A stretch of DNA of 64,000 bases from a virus. Lineage: Duplodnaviria > Caudoviricetes. The notes under the pieces are model-generated. The model searched no databases. It was not told the DNA's origin and saw only the letters and a program-made list of their open reading frames with translations. Location: IMG/VR virus record IMGVR_UViG_3300022752_000016. The stretch is one strand, 5' to 3'. Positions 7,796-16,367 of the stretch are shown piece by piece. Position numbers and translations under genes: made by a program. The number at the start of each line of letters is the position of its first letter. Positions within the stretch are counted from its first letter, which is position 1.

Positions 7796-8767
7796 ATGTT
7801 TGACATATTATCCTTTATTCCAAGTAAAAAAACGTTAAGTCAAAGTGGCTGGCATAGTTTTAATGCAATATGTTGTCAATATCGTGGACATAGACAAGAT
7901 ACTCGAAAACGCGGAGGCATACGTTTAGCTAATAACAGTTGGCAATATCATTGTTTTAATTGTGGATTTAAAGCTGGTTTCTTTCTAGGTAAAAGCATAA
8001 CAAAAAATGCAAGACAGCTATTTAAATGGTTAAACATTGATGAGCAACAAATAAATCGTTGGAATCTAGAGAGTATACAACATCGAGATTTATTAGAAAT
8101 AATAAAAGTTCGTAAAGAAAATAAAAAAATAAAGTTTAAAGATTATAAAATAGAAGATGGAGAAATTTTAGATATTAAAAATAGTCAACACAAAAAGTAC
8201 ATAGAATATTTAAATAAAAGAGGATTGAAGCATGATTGCTATCCTTTTTTGGTAACTCCAAATTTAATTGGAAGAAAGGCAAATAGAATAATAATTCCTT
8301 TTACCTTTGAAGGAAAAATTGTAGGACAAACGTCAAGATTTTTAGATGATAAAAAACCTAAGTTTATTAATGATCAACAACCTGGTTATGTATTTGGTTA
8401 TGATTTACAAAAACCAAATTGGGAAATTTGTATTTTGTGCGAAGGTATTTTTGACGCATTAAGTATTGACGGGTGTGCCATAACACATAATGTTATAAAT
8501 AATGACCAAGTCGAAATAATTAGTAGATTAAATAGACGAATTATATTTGTTCCAGATCAAGATAAAACAGGATTATCTCTTTGTGATCAAGCACTTGAAT
8601 TAGGATATGAGGTAAGTATACCTGAATGGGATAATAATATCAAAGATATAAATGATGCAGTGGTAAGTTATGGTAAATTTAGTACTTTGCTAAGTATTAT
8701 ACAGGCATCGACAAATAATAAAATAAAAGTTGAGATGAGGAGAAAGGCTATTGCTAAAAGATTATAA
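7796..8767 (+). CDS. dnaG: DNA primase (zinc-binding + TOPRIM; gp61/DnaG-like)
   Basis: N-terminal CC...YHCFNCG zinc module, TOPRIM CEGIFD, PDQD and KDIND; adjacent to DnaB. Confidence 0.88.
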   Translation: MFDILSFIPSKKTLSQSGWHSFNAICCQYRGHRQDTRKRGGIRLANNSWQYHCFNCGFKAGFFLGKSITKNARQLFKWLNIDEQQINRWNLESIQHRDLLEIIKVRKENKKIKFKDYKIEDGEILDIKNSQHKKYIEYLNKRGLKHDCYPFLVTPNLIGRKANRIIIPFTFEGKIVGQTSRFLDDKKPKFINDQQPGYVFGYDLQKPNWEICILCEGIFDALSIDGCAITHNVINNDQVEIISRLNRRIIFVPDQDKTGLSLCDQALELGYEVSIPEWDNNIKDINDAVVSYGKFSTLLSIIQASTNNKIKVEMRRKAIAKRL

Positions 8768-10157
8768 TAATGATGTGCAATTGTTATTTTTGCGTATGAT
8801 GGTAACTAATTCAGAATTATATACAAGAATTATGAATATAATGAATGTAAAAAACTTTAATAAAAATTTGTTGCCTGTAGCAGAATTTATAGTTGAGCAT
8901 AGTAAAAAGTATAATGTAATGCCTGAATCAATACAAATAAAGGCTACTACAGGTATTGAAGTAGAAGTTATACAAGATTTAGATGAAGGACATTATGAAT
9001 GGTTTCTTGAGGAATTTGAAGCATTTACTAAAAGACAAGAACTAGAACGAGCTATCTTAAAAAGTGCTGACCTATTAGAGAAAGGAGAATACGATCCTGT
9101 AGAAAAACTAATTAAAGATGCTGTGCAGATTAGTTTACAGCGTGATATGGGTACAGATTATTTTGCTGACCCAAAAGCTAGATTAATGGCATTAAAATCA
9201 AATAACGGACAAAACAGCACAGGTTGGCCTAGTATGGATCAAAAACTATATGGTGGCTTTAATCGTGGTGAATTACAAATCTTTGCAGGTGGTAGTGGAT
9301 CTGGTAAATCGTTGTTTATGCAAAATCTTGCGGTGAATTGGGCACAAGCAGGACTGTCAGGAGTATATATTACATTAGAACTTAGTGAAGGTTTATGTAG
9401 TATGCGTATTGATAGTATGATGACGGATACAAGTAGCCGTGAAATTTTCAAAGACATTGATAATGTTGAGATGAAGGTTAAAATGGCAGCTAGGAAAGCA
9501 GGAAAATTGCGTATTAAATATATGCCTGCACAATCTACTGTAAATGATATTCGTGCTTATTGTAAAGAATTACAAATACAAACAGGCATAAAGATTGACT
9601 TTTTGTGTGTAGATTACTTAGACTTATTAATGCCCGTCAGTGCTAAGGTTAGCCCTAGTGATTTATTTGTCAAAGACAAATATGTTAGTGAAGAATTACG
9701 TAATTTAAGTAAAGAATTAAATGTATTATTTGTAACTGCAAGTCAACTAAATCGTACAGCGGTAGATGAGATTGAATTTGATCATAGTCATATAAGCGGT
9801 GGTATTAGTAAAATCAACACAGCAGATAATGTATTTGGTATTTTCACAAGTCGTAGTATGAGAGAGCGTGGTCAATATCAGTTACAATTAATGAAAACTA
9901 GGAGTAGCAGTGGTGTAGGACAAAAAATTGAATTAGATTTTAACATTGAAACATTAAGGATAACTGATAGTAATGAAGAAGTAAAACAATATTCACAACC
10001 AAGTCCAACTGAAATTTTAAATAAAATTCGTCCAAACAATACAGTTAATGACGTTATACAGAACACTGTACAGCCTCAAACAGGCAAAGTTGTTGCGGAT
10101 GTTCAGAGTAGCAAACTAAAGTCTTTGTTAAATAGTTTACAGAAACAAAATCAATAA
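8751..10157 (+). CDS. dnaB: Replicative DnaB/gp41-like helicase
   Basis: Walker A GGSGSGKS, ITLELSE, VDYLDL, TASQLNR and QLMKTR; TTG start. Confidence 0.92.
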   Translation: MLKDYNNDVQLLFLRMMVTNSELYTRIMNIMNVKNFNKNLLPVAEFIVEHSKKYNVMPESIQIKATTGIEVEVIQDLDEGHYEWFLEEFEAFTKRQELERAILKSADLLEKGEYDPVEKLIKDAVQISLQRDMGTDYFADPKARLMALKSNNGQNSTGWPSMDQKLYGGFNRGELQIFAGGSGSGKSLFMQNLAVNWAQAGLSGVYITLELSEGLCSMRIDSMMTDTSSREIFKDIDNVEMKVKMAARKAGKLRIKYMPAQSTVNDIRAYCKELQIQTGIKIDFLCVDYLDLLMPVSAKVSPSDLFVKDKYVSEELRNLSKELNVLFVTASQLNRTAVDEIEFDHSHISGGISKINTADNVFGIFTSRSMRERGQYQLQLMKTRSSSGVGQKIELDFNIETLRITDSNEEVKQYSQPSPTEILNKIRPNNTVNDVIQNTVQPQTGKVVADVQSSKLKSLLNSLQKQNQ

Positions 10158-10162
10158 CCCGA

Positions 10163-10169
10163 ATAAATA
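10163..10169 (+). promoter_or_regulatory. Putative late promoter ATAAATA
   Basis: Lies in the 30-nt gap after dnaB, ahead of the 10188-12827 gene run. Confidence 0.55.
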
Positions 10170-10187
10170 CATACGGGAAATAATCTT

Positions 10188-10436
10188 ATGCAAAAGAAAA
10201 CCAAAAGTTTACTAGAAGAATTAGAAGCAATCGGTAATAATAGAGACATGAATCTAGTGATAGAAAATAGAGCGGTAAACATTATAACCAGTGCTATTAA
10301 TTTAATAGAACTTATGAATAGACATTATCAAAAAGATAAGGCTGATGTTTTGGAGCGTAGACTATTAAGTGCTATTAAAAATAAAGATAGAAATAAATTT
10401 TCTAAGTCATTAAGGAAGAAAGATGAAAATAGTTGA
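10188..10436 (+). CDS. Small helical hypothetical protein
   Basis: Clean 82-aa ORF overlapping the next gene. Confidence 0.65.
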   Translation: MQKKTKSLLEELEAIGNNRDMNLVIENRAVNIITSAINLIELMNRHYQKDKADVLERRLLSAIKNKDRNKFSKSLRKKDENS

Positions 10437-11694
10437 ATTTAAGGACATGCAAAAGTTAGACGAGTTACGTTTGGACCAAGTTGTTGGTGATTATGGGGCA
10501 GCGGCCTTAAAACAGTTAGGTAATAGATTGACTGGCAGAGCAGTTGGGCAGGCAAGTGTGGATCAAAGACAATTAATGGACAAATGGATTAATAACTTTG
10601 TAGGAGATGCGGTATTAAATATCAACCAAGCTATTGAAACTGGGTTAGTTGATCCAAACCAAACTACACAAAATACAACTCAAGTAGATCCTAGTCAAGT
10701 TCAACAAACTGCACCTACAACCCAAGCTGTACCTGCAGCAGCAGGACGAGTTAGAGATCCGGATGCAGGCGCTAAAGCACGAGGCAAATATAAAGCACAA
10801 CAAGAAACTAGTCAAAATATTAATAATTATGTAAGACAAATCTCTGCTGAATTAAACGCTACTACTGATAAACGACAGAAAATGGCGTTAACTAAAGAAA
10901 TTGTAAATTTTATGGCAGATAGAAAAAATTACCCTGAGTGGCAAAATGCTGTTGCCACTGTACAACAAGTTATTAAAAAACAAAACCAAGATCCTAATTT
11001 TGCTAACGCGGCTATTGAAAGATTAAAAACAGGCAAAGTAATGGCTGAAGCATGGCAAATTTATTGGATTAACAAATTATTAGAGAGTGTTAATATAAGT
11101 TGGAAAGAGTTAGGATTTGTTGTATTAAAAGAAAATAAGCGTAAAAACTATTATATTGCAGAAACCAAATATAACAAGTTAAACAGTTTATTTGAGGGTT
11201 TGCTTAAAGAAGCACTTAGTATTAGTGATTTTATCAAAACACGTTGGTTACCTGCATATGCAAAAAGAAAAGGTAATTTAGATTATAGTTCAGACATGGC
11301 AAGTGTTGAAAAGGCTGCTGACGAAATACAAGCAAGTTATAGCAAAGATCAAGGACAACAAGCTTTAAGAAAATTAGGTAGTATGATGTTTACAATTGGT
11401 AATTTAGCTGGCACAGGCGGTTCGGCAGGCGGCACTGGTACATCAGGTGCAGGTACCTCTGCACAAGCTTCAGCTACACAACCAAGTTCTACTGCACAAG
11501 CTCCAGCTACACAACCAAGTTCTACTGCACAAGCTCCAGCTACTCAAAGTACTGCACCAGTAACTTCAGCACAAATGTCAAGTATAATTGAAAAATATGC
11601 TGAAAAATTAAAAGCTACTGATGCAGCAATGTATGAAAAATTAATGAAAAAGTTATTAGAAAAGTATAGAATGTGGGATGAATTACAAAGGTGA
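10423..11694 (+). CDS. Hypothetical protein, probable internal head protein
   Basis: Multiple (L/I/M)-x-E motifs (IVEF, MAEA, LLES, LKEA) and Q/T/A-rich linkers. Confidence 0.55.
   Translation: MKIVEFKDMQKLDELRLDQVVGDYGAAALKQLGNRLTGRAVGQASVDQRQLMDKWINNFVGDAVLNINQAIETGLVDPNQTTQNTTQVDPSQVQQTAPTTQAVPAAAGRVRDPDAGAKARGKYKAQQETSQNINNYVRQISAELNATTDKRQKMALTKEIVNFMADRKNYPEWQNAVATVQQVIKKQNQDPNFANAAIERLKTGKVMAEAWQIYWINKLLESVNISWKELGFVVLKENKRKNYYIAETKYNKLNSLFEGLLKEALSISDFIKTRWLPAYAKRKGNLDYSSDMASVEKAADEIQASYSKDQGQQALRKLGSMMFTIGNLAGTGGSAGGTGTSGAGTSAQASATQPSSTAQAPATQPSSTAQAPATQSTAPVTSAQMSSIIEKYAEKLKATDAAMYEKLMKKLLEKYRMWDELQR
11458..11550 (+). repeat. 33-nt tandem repeat, ~3 copies (TAQAPATQPSS)
   Basis: Unit actgcacaagctccagctacacaaccaagttct at 11491-11523, with near-identical flanking copies. 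Confidence 0.9.
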
Positions 11695-12827
11695 ATATAG
11701 CATTATTGCGTGATAAGTTAATAAATTTAACGGTTATTAACGAAGCTAAAGGTCATTTGGATCATCCTGAAGATTTAATATTTCTACAGGGTTCTAGTGG
11801 TGCAAACACTGCGATTAATGCAACACTTGCTACAGCGAAAAATCCTAAAACAGTAACTATTAAATGGGATGGATATCCTGCATTGATATTTGGTAGGGGT
11901 ACTAATAATAAGTTTAGTATAATGGATAAACATATGTTTAATAAACGTGATTTATCTGGTAGACAAGTATATAGTCCTGAACAATTTGTTCAATATGATC
12001 AGGCACGGGGAGTAGACAGATCAGGGTTACATCAATTAATTGCTAATATTTGGCCTGATTTAGAAAAAGCAGACAGAGGTTTAGGTTATTATTGGGGTGA
12101 TGTATTATTTTTTAGTCCATTACAAGAAAAGAATGGCTTATATACATTTAGAGCTAATCCAAATGGTATTACATATACTGTTGAAACTAATAGTGAAATA
12201 GGTAACTTTTTACGTGGCAAAAAAGCAGGAATTGTTGTACATCAATATATTGCACCAAATGCTGAAAGTACAGATGAAGCTACACCATTAAATGGAACTA
12301 TAGGTAAACTTAAAAATAACACAGACGTAGCAATTGTACCTGCTAAAATGCCTATTACCCCTAAGTTAAAGATAGATAATAAATTAATAAGTGCTGCTAA
12401 AAATGAAATAGCAAGATACGGAGAAGATGTTGACAGACTATTAGATACAGCTCCACAAGCAAGAAACACATTTGTACAGCTTTTTACAACATATATTAAT
12501 AAAAAAATTGTTGAAGGAAATTTGTCTAATTTAGTTAAAGGTTTTTATGAATATTTTAATAATAAGCTTATGACAGATCCTATGCGTAAAAAGTTAACTC
12601 AGCATTTCCAAGAGAATCAAAAAGGTGTATTAGGTGCCTTTGCCATATGGATTGCATTATATAATTTAAAAATGAGTTTAGTTACACAATTAAACACTGC
12701 TGCTGAAGCCAGTCCTGTAAAAGGGTATTTACAAACTGGACAACAAACACAAGAAGGCTTTGTTAGTCAAGGGTTAAAATTTGTTGATAGAATGGGTTTT
12801 AGCCGTCAAAATTTAGCTGCTAGATAA
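11691..12827 (+). CDS. Ligase-like covalent nucleotidyltransferase (KxDG), DUF6267-like
   Basis: HLDHPED, motif I KWDG, YWGDVL, and C-terminal EGFV...LKFV; GTG start. Confidence 0.55.
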   Translation: MNIALLRDKLINLTVINEAKGHLDHPEDLIFLQGSSGANTAINATLATAKNPKTVTIKWDGYPALIFGRGTNNKFSIMDKHMFNKRDLSGRQVYSPEQFVQYDQARGVDRSGLHQLIANIWPDLEKADRGLGYYWGDVLFFSPLQEKNGLYTFRANPNGITYTVETNSEIGNFLRGKKAGIVVHQYIAPNAESTDEATPLNGTIGKLKNNTDVAIVPAKMPITPKLKIDNKLISAAKNEIARYGEDVDRLLDTAPQARNTFVQLFTTYINKKIVEGNLSNLVKGFYEYFNNKLMTDPMRKKLTQHFQENQKGVLGAFAIWIALYNLKMSLVTQLNTAAEASPVKGYLQTGQQTQEGFVSQGLKFVDRMGFSRQNLAAR

Positions 12828-12855
12828 CTCAAAACCAAGTTTTTTTGTATTTGGG

Positions 12856-12881
12856 ATAAATAATAGTATGAGCAATGCTCA
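12856..12881 (+). promoter_or_regulatory. Late promoter ATAAATA plus 5' hairpin
   Basis: ATAAATA 12856-62, TGAGC-AAT-GCTCA 12869-81, then SD AAGGA. Confidence 0.6.
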
Positions 12882-12903
12882 ACTAACATAAGGAAATAGA
12901 AAA

Positions 12904-13293
12904 ATGGCACAATTTACAAGAGTCAATGGTGACTTTAAACCAGTAATGAACTATGACCAACCTGCGTATACAAACACAGGCGTTAATGCAGTAACATCAG
13001 GTGAAACAGTTCAACCACAAGGTCCAAAGCTACAATTTGGTACAGTAACATTTACAGGTGCAGCAACACCAAGTGGCACTGATATTTTAACTGCTATAAA
13101 CACAATTCAGCAATTAGCTACTATTTATATGTATGAATTCACAGAAGTTGGTGATAACACAGATACATTAGCAGTTGCAGTTTACCCAGTAAATGCATGG
13201 GACTTTACAAACGCTGGTAACTTAGATGCTGCCTTGACAACAGCATTAGGTTACGCTGTAACGACAGCAGCTACAGCAACATTTACGAACTAA
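12904..13293 (+). CDS. Small, probably abundant virion protein (capsid-decoration-like)
   Basis: Thr/Ala/Gly-rich monocistronic unit with its own promoter, SD and strong terminator. Confidence 0.5.
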   Translation: MAQFTRVNGDFKPVMNYDQPAYTNTGVNAVTSGETVQPQGPKLQFGTVTFTGAATPSGTDILTAINTIQQLATIYMYEFTEVGDNTDTLAVAVYPVNAWDFTNAGNLDAALTTALGYAVTTAATATFTN

Positions 13294-13314
13294 TTAAAGG
13301 TCGTTTAAAAAATG

Positions 13315-13342
13315 AACCCGAGATTTTATTCTCGGGTTTTTT
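13315..13342 (+). terminator. Rho-independent terminator
   Basis: AACCCGAGA / TCTCGGGTT stem, 6-nt loop, T-tract. Confidence 0.88.
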
Positions 13343-13358
13343 ATTGCTTAAATACGAA

Positions 13359-13799
13359 ATGTCACATAAAATTAAATGTTATACTTTGTTTGATATTACA
13401 CAAACAGATATACGACAAAGATCACGTATACCAGAAGGAATAGATTTAGTGAAATATGTATATCAAAGAAATACTCAAAATAATTTAGATACAATATTAC
13501 AAATTATTTCACTTAGATCCCAACCAGAGTTAGTTCAAAGCCCTAAAACATTAAAAATTAATTTAAATGATTCAGATTGGTTTGGTTTTTTATATATGGA
13601 TGAACAAGTAAATGTATGGTCTTTTGAATTTGAGGTTCATCATTCAAATGTCTTTAATGATGGTTACGAAGAATTTGGATATTTATATAGGGATTGTGAT
13701 GGTATTCCAATGATTAAATGTGAAACAGAATATAATCAATTAACCAATTTTTTAGATATAAACCCTGAAACAAAAAATATACATTTTATATTATGTTAA
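13359..13799 (+). CDS. Conserved hypothetical protein
   Basis: ATG at 13359 lies 4 nt after TTAAATA; the listed start at 13344 is less likely. Confidence 0.65.
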   Translation: MSHKIKCYTLFDITQTDIRQRSRIPEGIDLVKYVYQRNTQNNLDTILQIISLRSQPELVQSPKTLKINLNDSDWFGFLYMDEQVNVWSFEFEVHHSNVFNDGYEEFGYLYRDCDGIPMIKCETEYNQLTNFLDINPETKNIHFILC

Positions 13800-14278
13800 A
13801 TACACAAGACAGAATAGATTTATTTATACATAAGGAATACAAAAAAGACCTTATAAATTGTTCAATTATAAAAGAAGGTCGTAGTATTTTACTATTTAAT
13901 AGGTATAAAATTTCACCTACTAATATAGGTTACAAAGTTGATATGTTAAGATCGTCAAGTAATATTACTTTTTTTGATATAAAAAATGCACTTACCTATT
14001 GTATATTTGAAAATTATCAAAATTATTCCGAAGCTAATCATGTAGTAAATTTGGATAGAATAATTAATAATTACGAATTTAATGTTAAGCTACAACAAAA
14101 AATGATTAATAATAAAATTTCTAAAGACCAAAAAACTATTCATTTATCTAAACTTTTAGAGAATTTATCAAAGAAAAAACAGGCAAAAGAACAAATGGAT
14201 AAATTAATAAATATATCAAGAACTTTGCTACTCAATAAATTTAATTCTAGTTTAAAAAGCAAAGATTTTGATAAATAG
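13793..14278 (+). CDS. Hypothetical protein
   Basis: Clean 161-aa ORF overlapping the upstream stop. Confidence 0.65.
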   Translation: MLNTQDRIDLFIHKEYKKDLINCSIIKEGRSILLFNRYKISPTNIGYKVDMLRSSSNITFFDIKNALTYCIFENYQNYSEANHVVNLDRIINNYEFNVKLQQKMINNKISKDQKTIHLSKLLENLSKKKQAKEQMDKLINISRTLLLNKFNSSLKSKDFDK

Positions 14279-14299
14279 TATATAAATTGGAAACAGACC

Positions 14300-15010
14300 A
14301 TGAAACTATATGATTTAGATACAAAAAAATATGCTAGTAAGGCTTTAAAAGAAAATTTTGATTTTGAATTTAATCCATCAAAATTATCAAAAAATGCCAC
14401 GCAAAGTATGCTTGCTAAAGTCAAAAAAATTATAGCTGAAACAAAACAAAATCCTGATTTTAGGAAACAACAACAAAATAAAAGTTATTTAAAATTGTTG
14501 TTTATGGAACAAGCTTTGAAAGACCACTACCGCGAATTATTAAGTAAATACAAATCACGTATTGTATTTGAAAATGAAGAAGTTGAAAAGTCTCAAGTTA
14601 TTTTAGCTGCCCAAGATATGGTTGACAGTATACAAAAGATGCTTGAAGATGTTGGACAAATGCAAGTTAAAGAATTACCTGCATTAGTTTCAAGTATTGA
14701 AAGTGAAATGGATGCACAAAAAGCACAGACCTTTAATGATAGTGTAAGCCAACAATTAACAACATTAAGTGAAGCGTTAAAGGCTAGCTATGATGGTGTT
14801 AAAGGTTCGTTAAATGCATTGACTGGCATGGGCGGTGATGCAATGGCTGCGTTTGATACAGGCGCAGATGCAGCAGCAGACCTAGGTGCAGAAGCAGGAG
14901 CTGAGATGGGAACAGACATGGCATCAGGCGTAGACGCTATGGCACCTGTGACACCCGAGGAAGAACCTGAGCAAATGCCTGTGGCAGGAGCCGGTAGACC
15001 TAAGAGATAA
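14300..15010 (+). CDS. Helical head-assembly/scaffold-like protein (tentative)
   Basis: Coiled-coil-rich with an acidic tail; ATAAATA at 14271-77 upstream. Confidence 0.4.
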   Translation: MKLYDLDTKKYASKALKENFDFEFNPSKLSKNATQSMLAKVKKIIAETKQNPDFRKQQQNKSYLKLLFMEQALKDHYRELLSKYKSRIVFENEEVEKSQVILAAQDMVDSIQKMLEDVGQMQVKELPALVSSIESEMDAQKAQTFNDSVSQQLTTLSEALKASYDGVKGSLNALTGMGGDAMAAFDTGADAAADLGAEAGAEMGTDMASGVDAMAPVTPEEEPEQMPVAGAGRPKR

Positions 15011-15012
15011 TT

Positions 15013-15330
15013 ATGCTCTTATGGGAATTTGAAGATGCGTTGGTTACTAAAATTGTAACAGTTAGTGACCAACTCAAATCTGATTTAGAAAGTGGTAAAA
15101 TTCAGGGTAATTGGACATTGGATCAATTATTGAATTATTTTCAAGATTATGATATTATCTTAGATCCTGATGATTTATATAATATGATACAAAAAGAACC
15201 ACTTAAAAAAGTAATTGCTAATATTCAAGGTGATGAAGTTGTTTGGAAAGGTACTGAAACTCCTGAGACACCAACAGATCAAAATCAAAAGGTTGTAAAA
15301 CAAATGGCTCAACGGGCAACAGACATATGA
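15013..15330 (+). CDS. Acidic hypothetical protein
   Basis: Clean 105-aa ORF beginning MLLWEF. Confidence 0.6.
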   Translation: MLLWEFEDALVTKIVTVSDQLKSDLESGKIQGNWTLDQLLNYFQDYDIILDPDDLYNMIQKEPLKKVIANIQGDEVVWKGTETPETPTDQNQKVVKQMAQRATDI

Positions 15331-15647
15331 TAAGTTTAACTGAAAGAGCAGTAGATTCTATTAGACACAAAATTGAAAAAAGAGGTAAAGGTAAAGGAAT
15401 TAGAATTAGTGTAAAAACCACTGGTTGTTCTGGCTTAGCATATGTATTAGAATTTGTAGATAATCCATATATTGATGACCAAATAGTAGATTGCAATGGT
15501 TGTTTAGTTTATGTGGATCAAAAAAGCTGTCCATATTTGCAGGGTATGACAATTGATTATGTTAAAAAAGGATTAAATGAAGGATTTGAATTTATCAACC
15601 CAAACGAAAAAAATCGCTGCGGATGTGGCGAAAGTTTTAATGTATAA
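15327..15647 (+). CDS. iscA: A-type Fe-S carrier protein IscA/HesB
   Basis: TTGCSGLAY and C-terminal CGCGESF signatures. Confidence 0.95.
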   Translation: MISLTERAVDSIRHKIEKRGKGKGIRISVKTTGCSGLAYVLEFVDNPYIDDQIVDCNGCLVYVDQKSCPYLQGMTIDYVKKGLNEGFEFINPNEKNRCGCGESFNV

Positions 15648-16326
15648 CCCACATAAGTTTCAATATACAAAAATAAATAAAATAGATACTATAAATGGTA
15701 GACGTTATGCGACTCCAGATGGACACAAGTTGCCTAGTGTTACAACTATTTTAGATGCTACAAAACCAGAAGAAGCCAAGAAAGCATTACAAGAATGGCG
15801 AAAACGCATAGGTCCTGAAAAAGCACAACAAATTACTACAGAAGCAGCAGGTCGTGGTACTAGAATGCATAAGTGGCTTGAGAATTATGTTAAGACTGGA
15901 GAGGCAGGGGAACCTGGTAGTAATCCATATAGTCAACAAAGTCATAAAATGGCAAAGACTATTATCAATGAAGGGTTAAGTAAATGTAATGAATTTTGGG
16001 GTACAGAAATCTCATTATATTTTCCTAAAATTTATGCAGGCACAACTGATTTGGTCGGGATACATAATGGCAGTGAAGCTATTATGGATCACAAACAATC
16101 AAACAAAATTAAAAAACGTGAATGGATAGAAGATTATTTTTTACAACTTGTAGCATATGCATTAGCTCACAATGAAATTTATAATACAAAAATTAACAAG
16201 GGAGTAATTTTTATGTGTACTTCTGACAATGTTTACCAAGAATTTATTATAGAAAATAAAGAATTTAAAGAATATGAACAAAAATGGTACACAAGGTTAG
16301 AGGAGTACTATACCAAGTTCATTTAA
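15640..16326 (+). CDS. PD-(D/E)XK exonuclease (MGME1/RecB-like)
   Basis: LPSVTTIL, RGTRMH, E...YAGTTDL...MDHKQS and YFLQLVAY; ATG at 15640 overlaps the iscA stop. Confidence 0.82.
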   Translation: MYNPHKFQYTKINKIDTINGRRYATPDGHKLPSVTTILDATKPEEAKKALQEWRKRIGPEKAQQITTEAAGRGTRMHKWLENYVKTGEAGEPGSNPYSQQSHKMAKTIINEGLSKCNEFWGTEISLYFPKIYAGTTDLVGIHNGSEAIMDHKQSNKIKKREWIEDYFLQLVAYALAHNEIYNTKINKGVIFMCTSDNVYQEFIIENKEFKEYEQKWYTRLEEYYTKFI

Positions 16327-16332
16327 TAATAG

Positions 16333-16362
16333 ATAAATAGTTATATTAAATTTAATTAAATA
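16333..16362 (+). promoter_or_regulatory. Tandem late-promoter motifs
   Basis: ATAAATA 16333-39 and TTAAATA 16356-62, the latter 5 nt from the ATG at 16368; no SD. Confidence 0.5.
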
Positions 16363-16367
16363 CATCT

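Noticed and set aside
15640-16326. Cas4-like Fe-S nuclease as the client of the adjacent IscA
   Set aside because: The nuclease has only two scattered Cys residues and lacks the four-Cys staple of Cas4/AddB.
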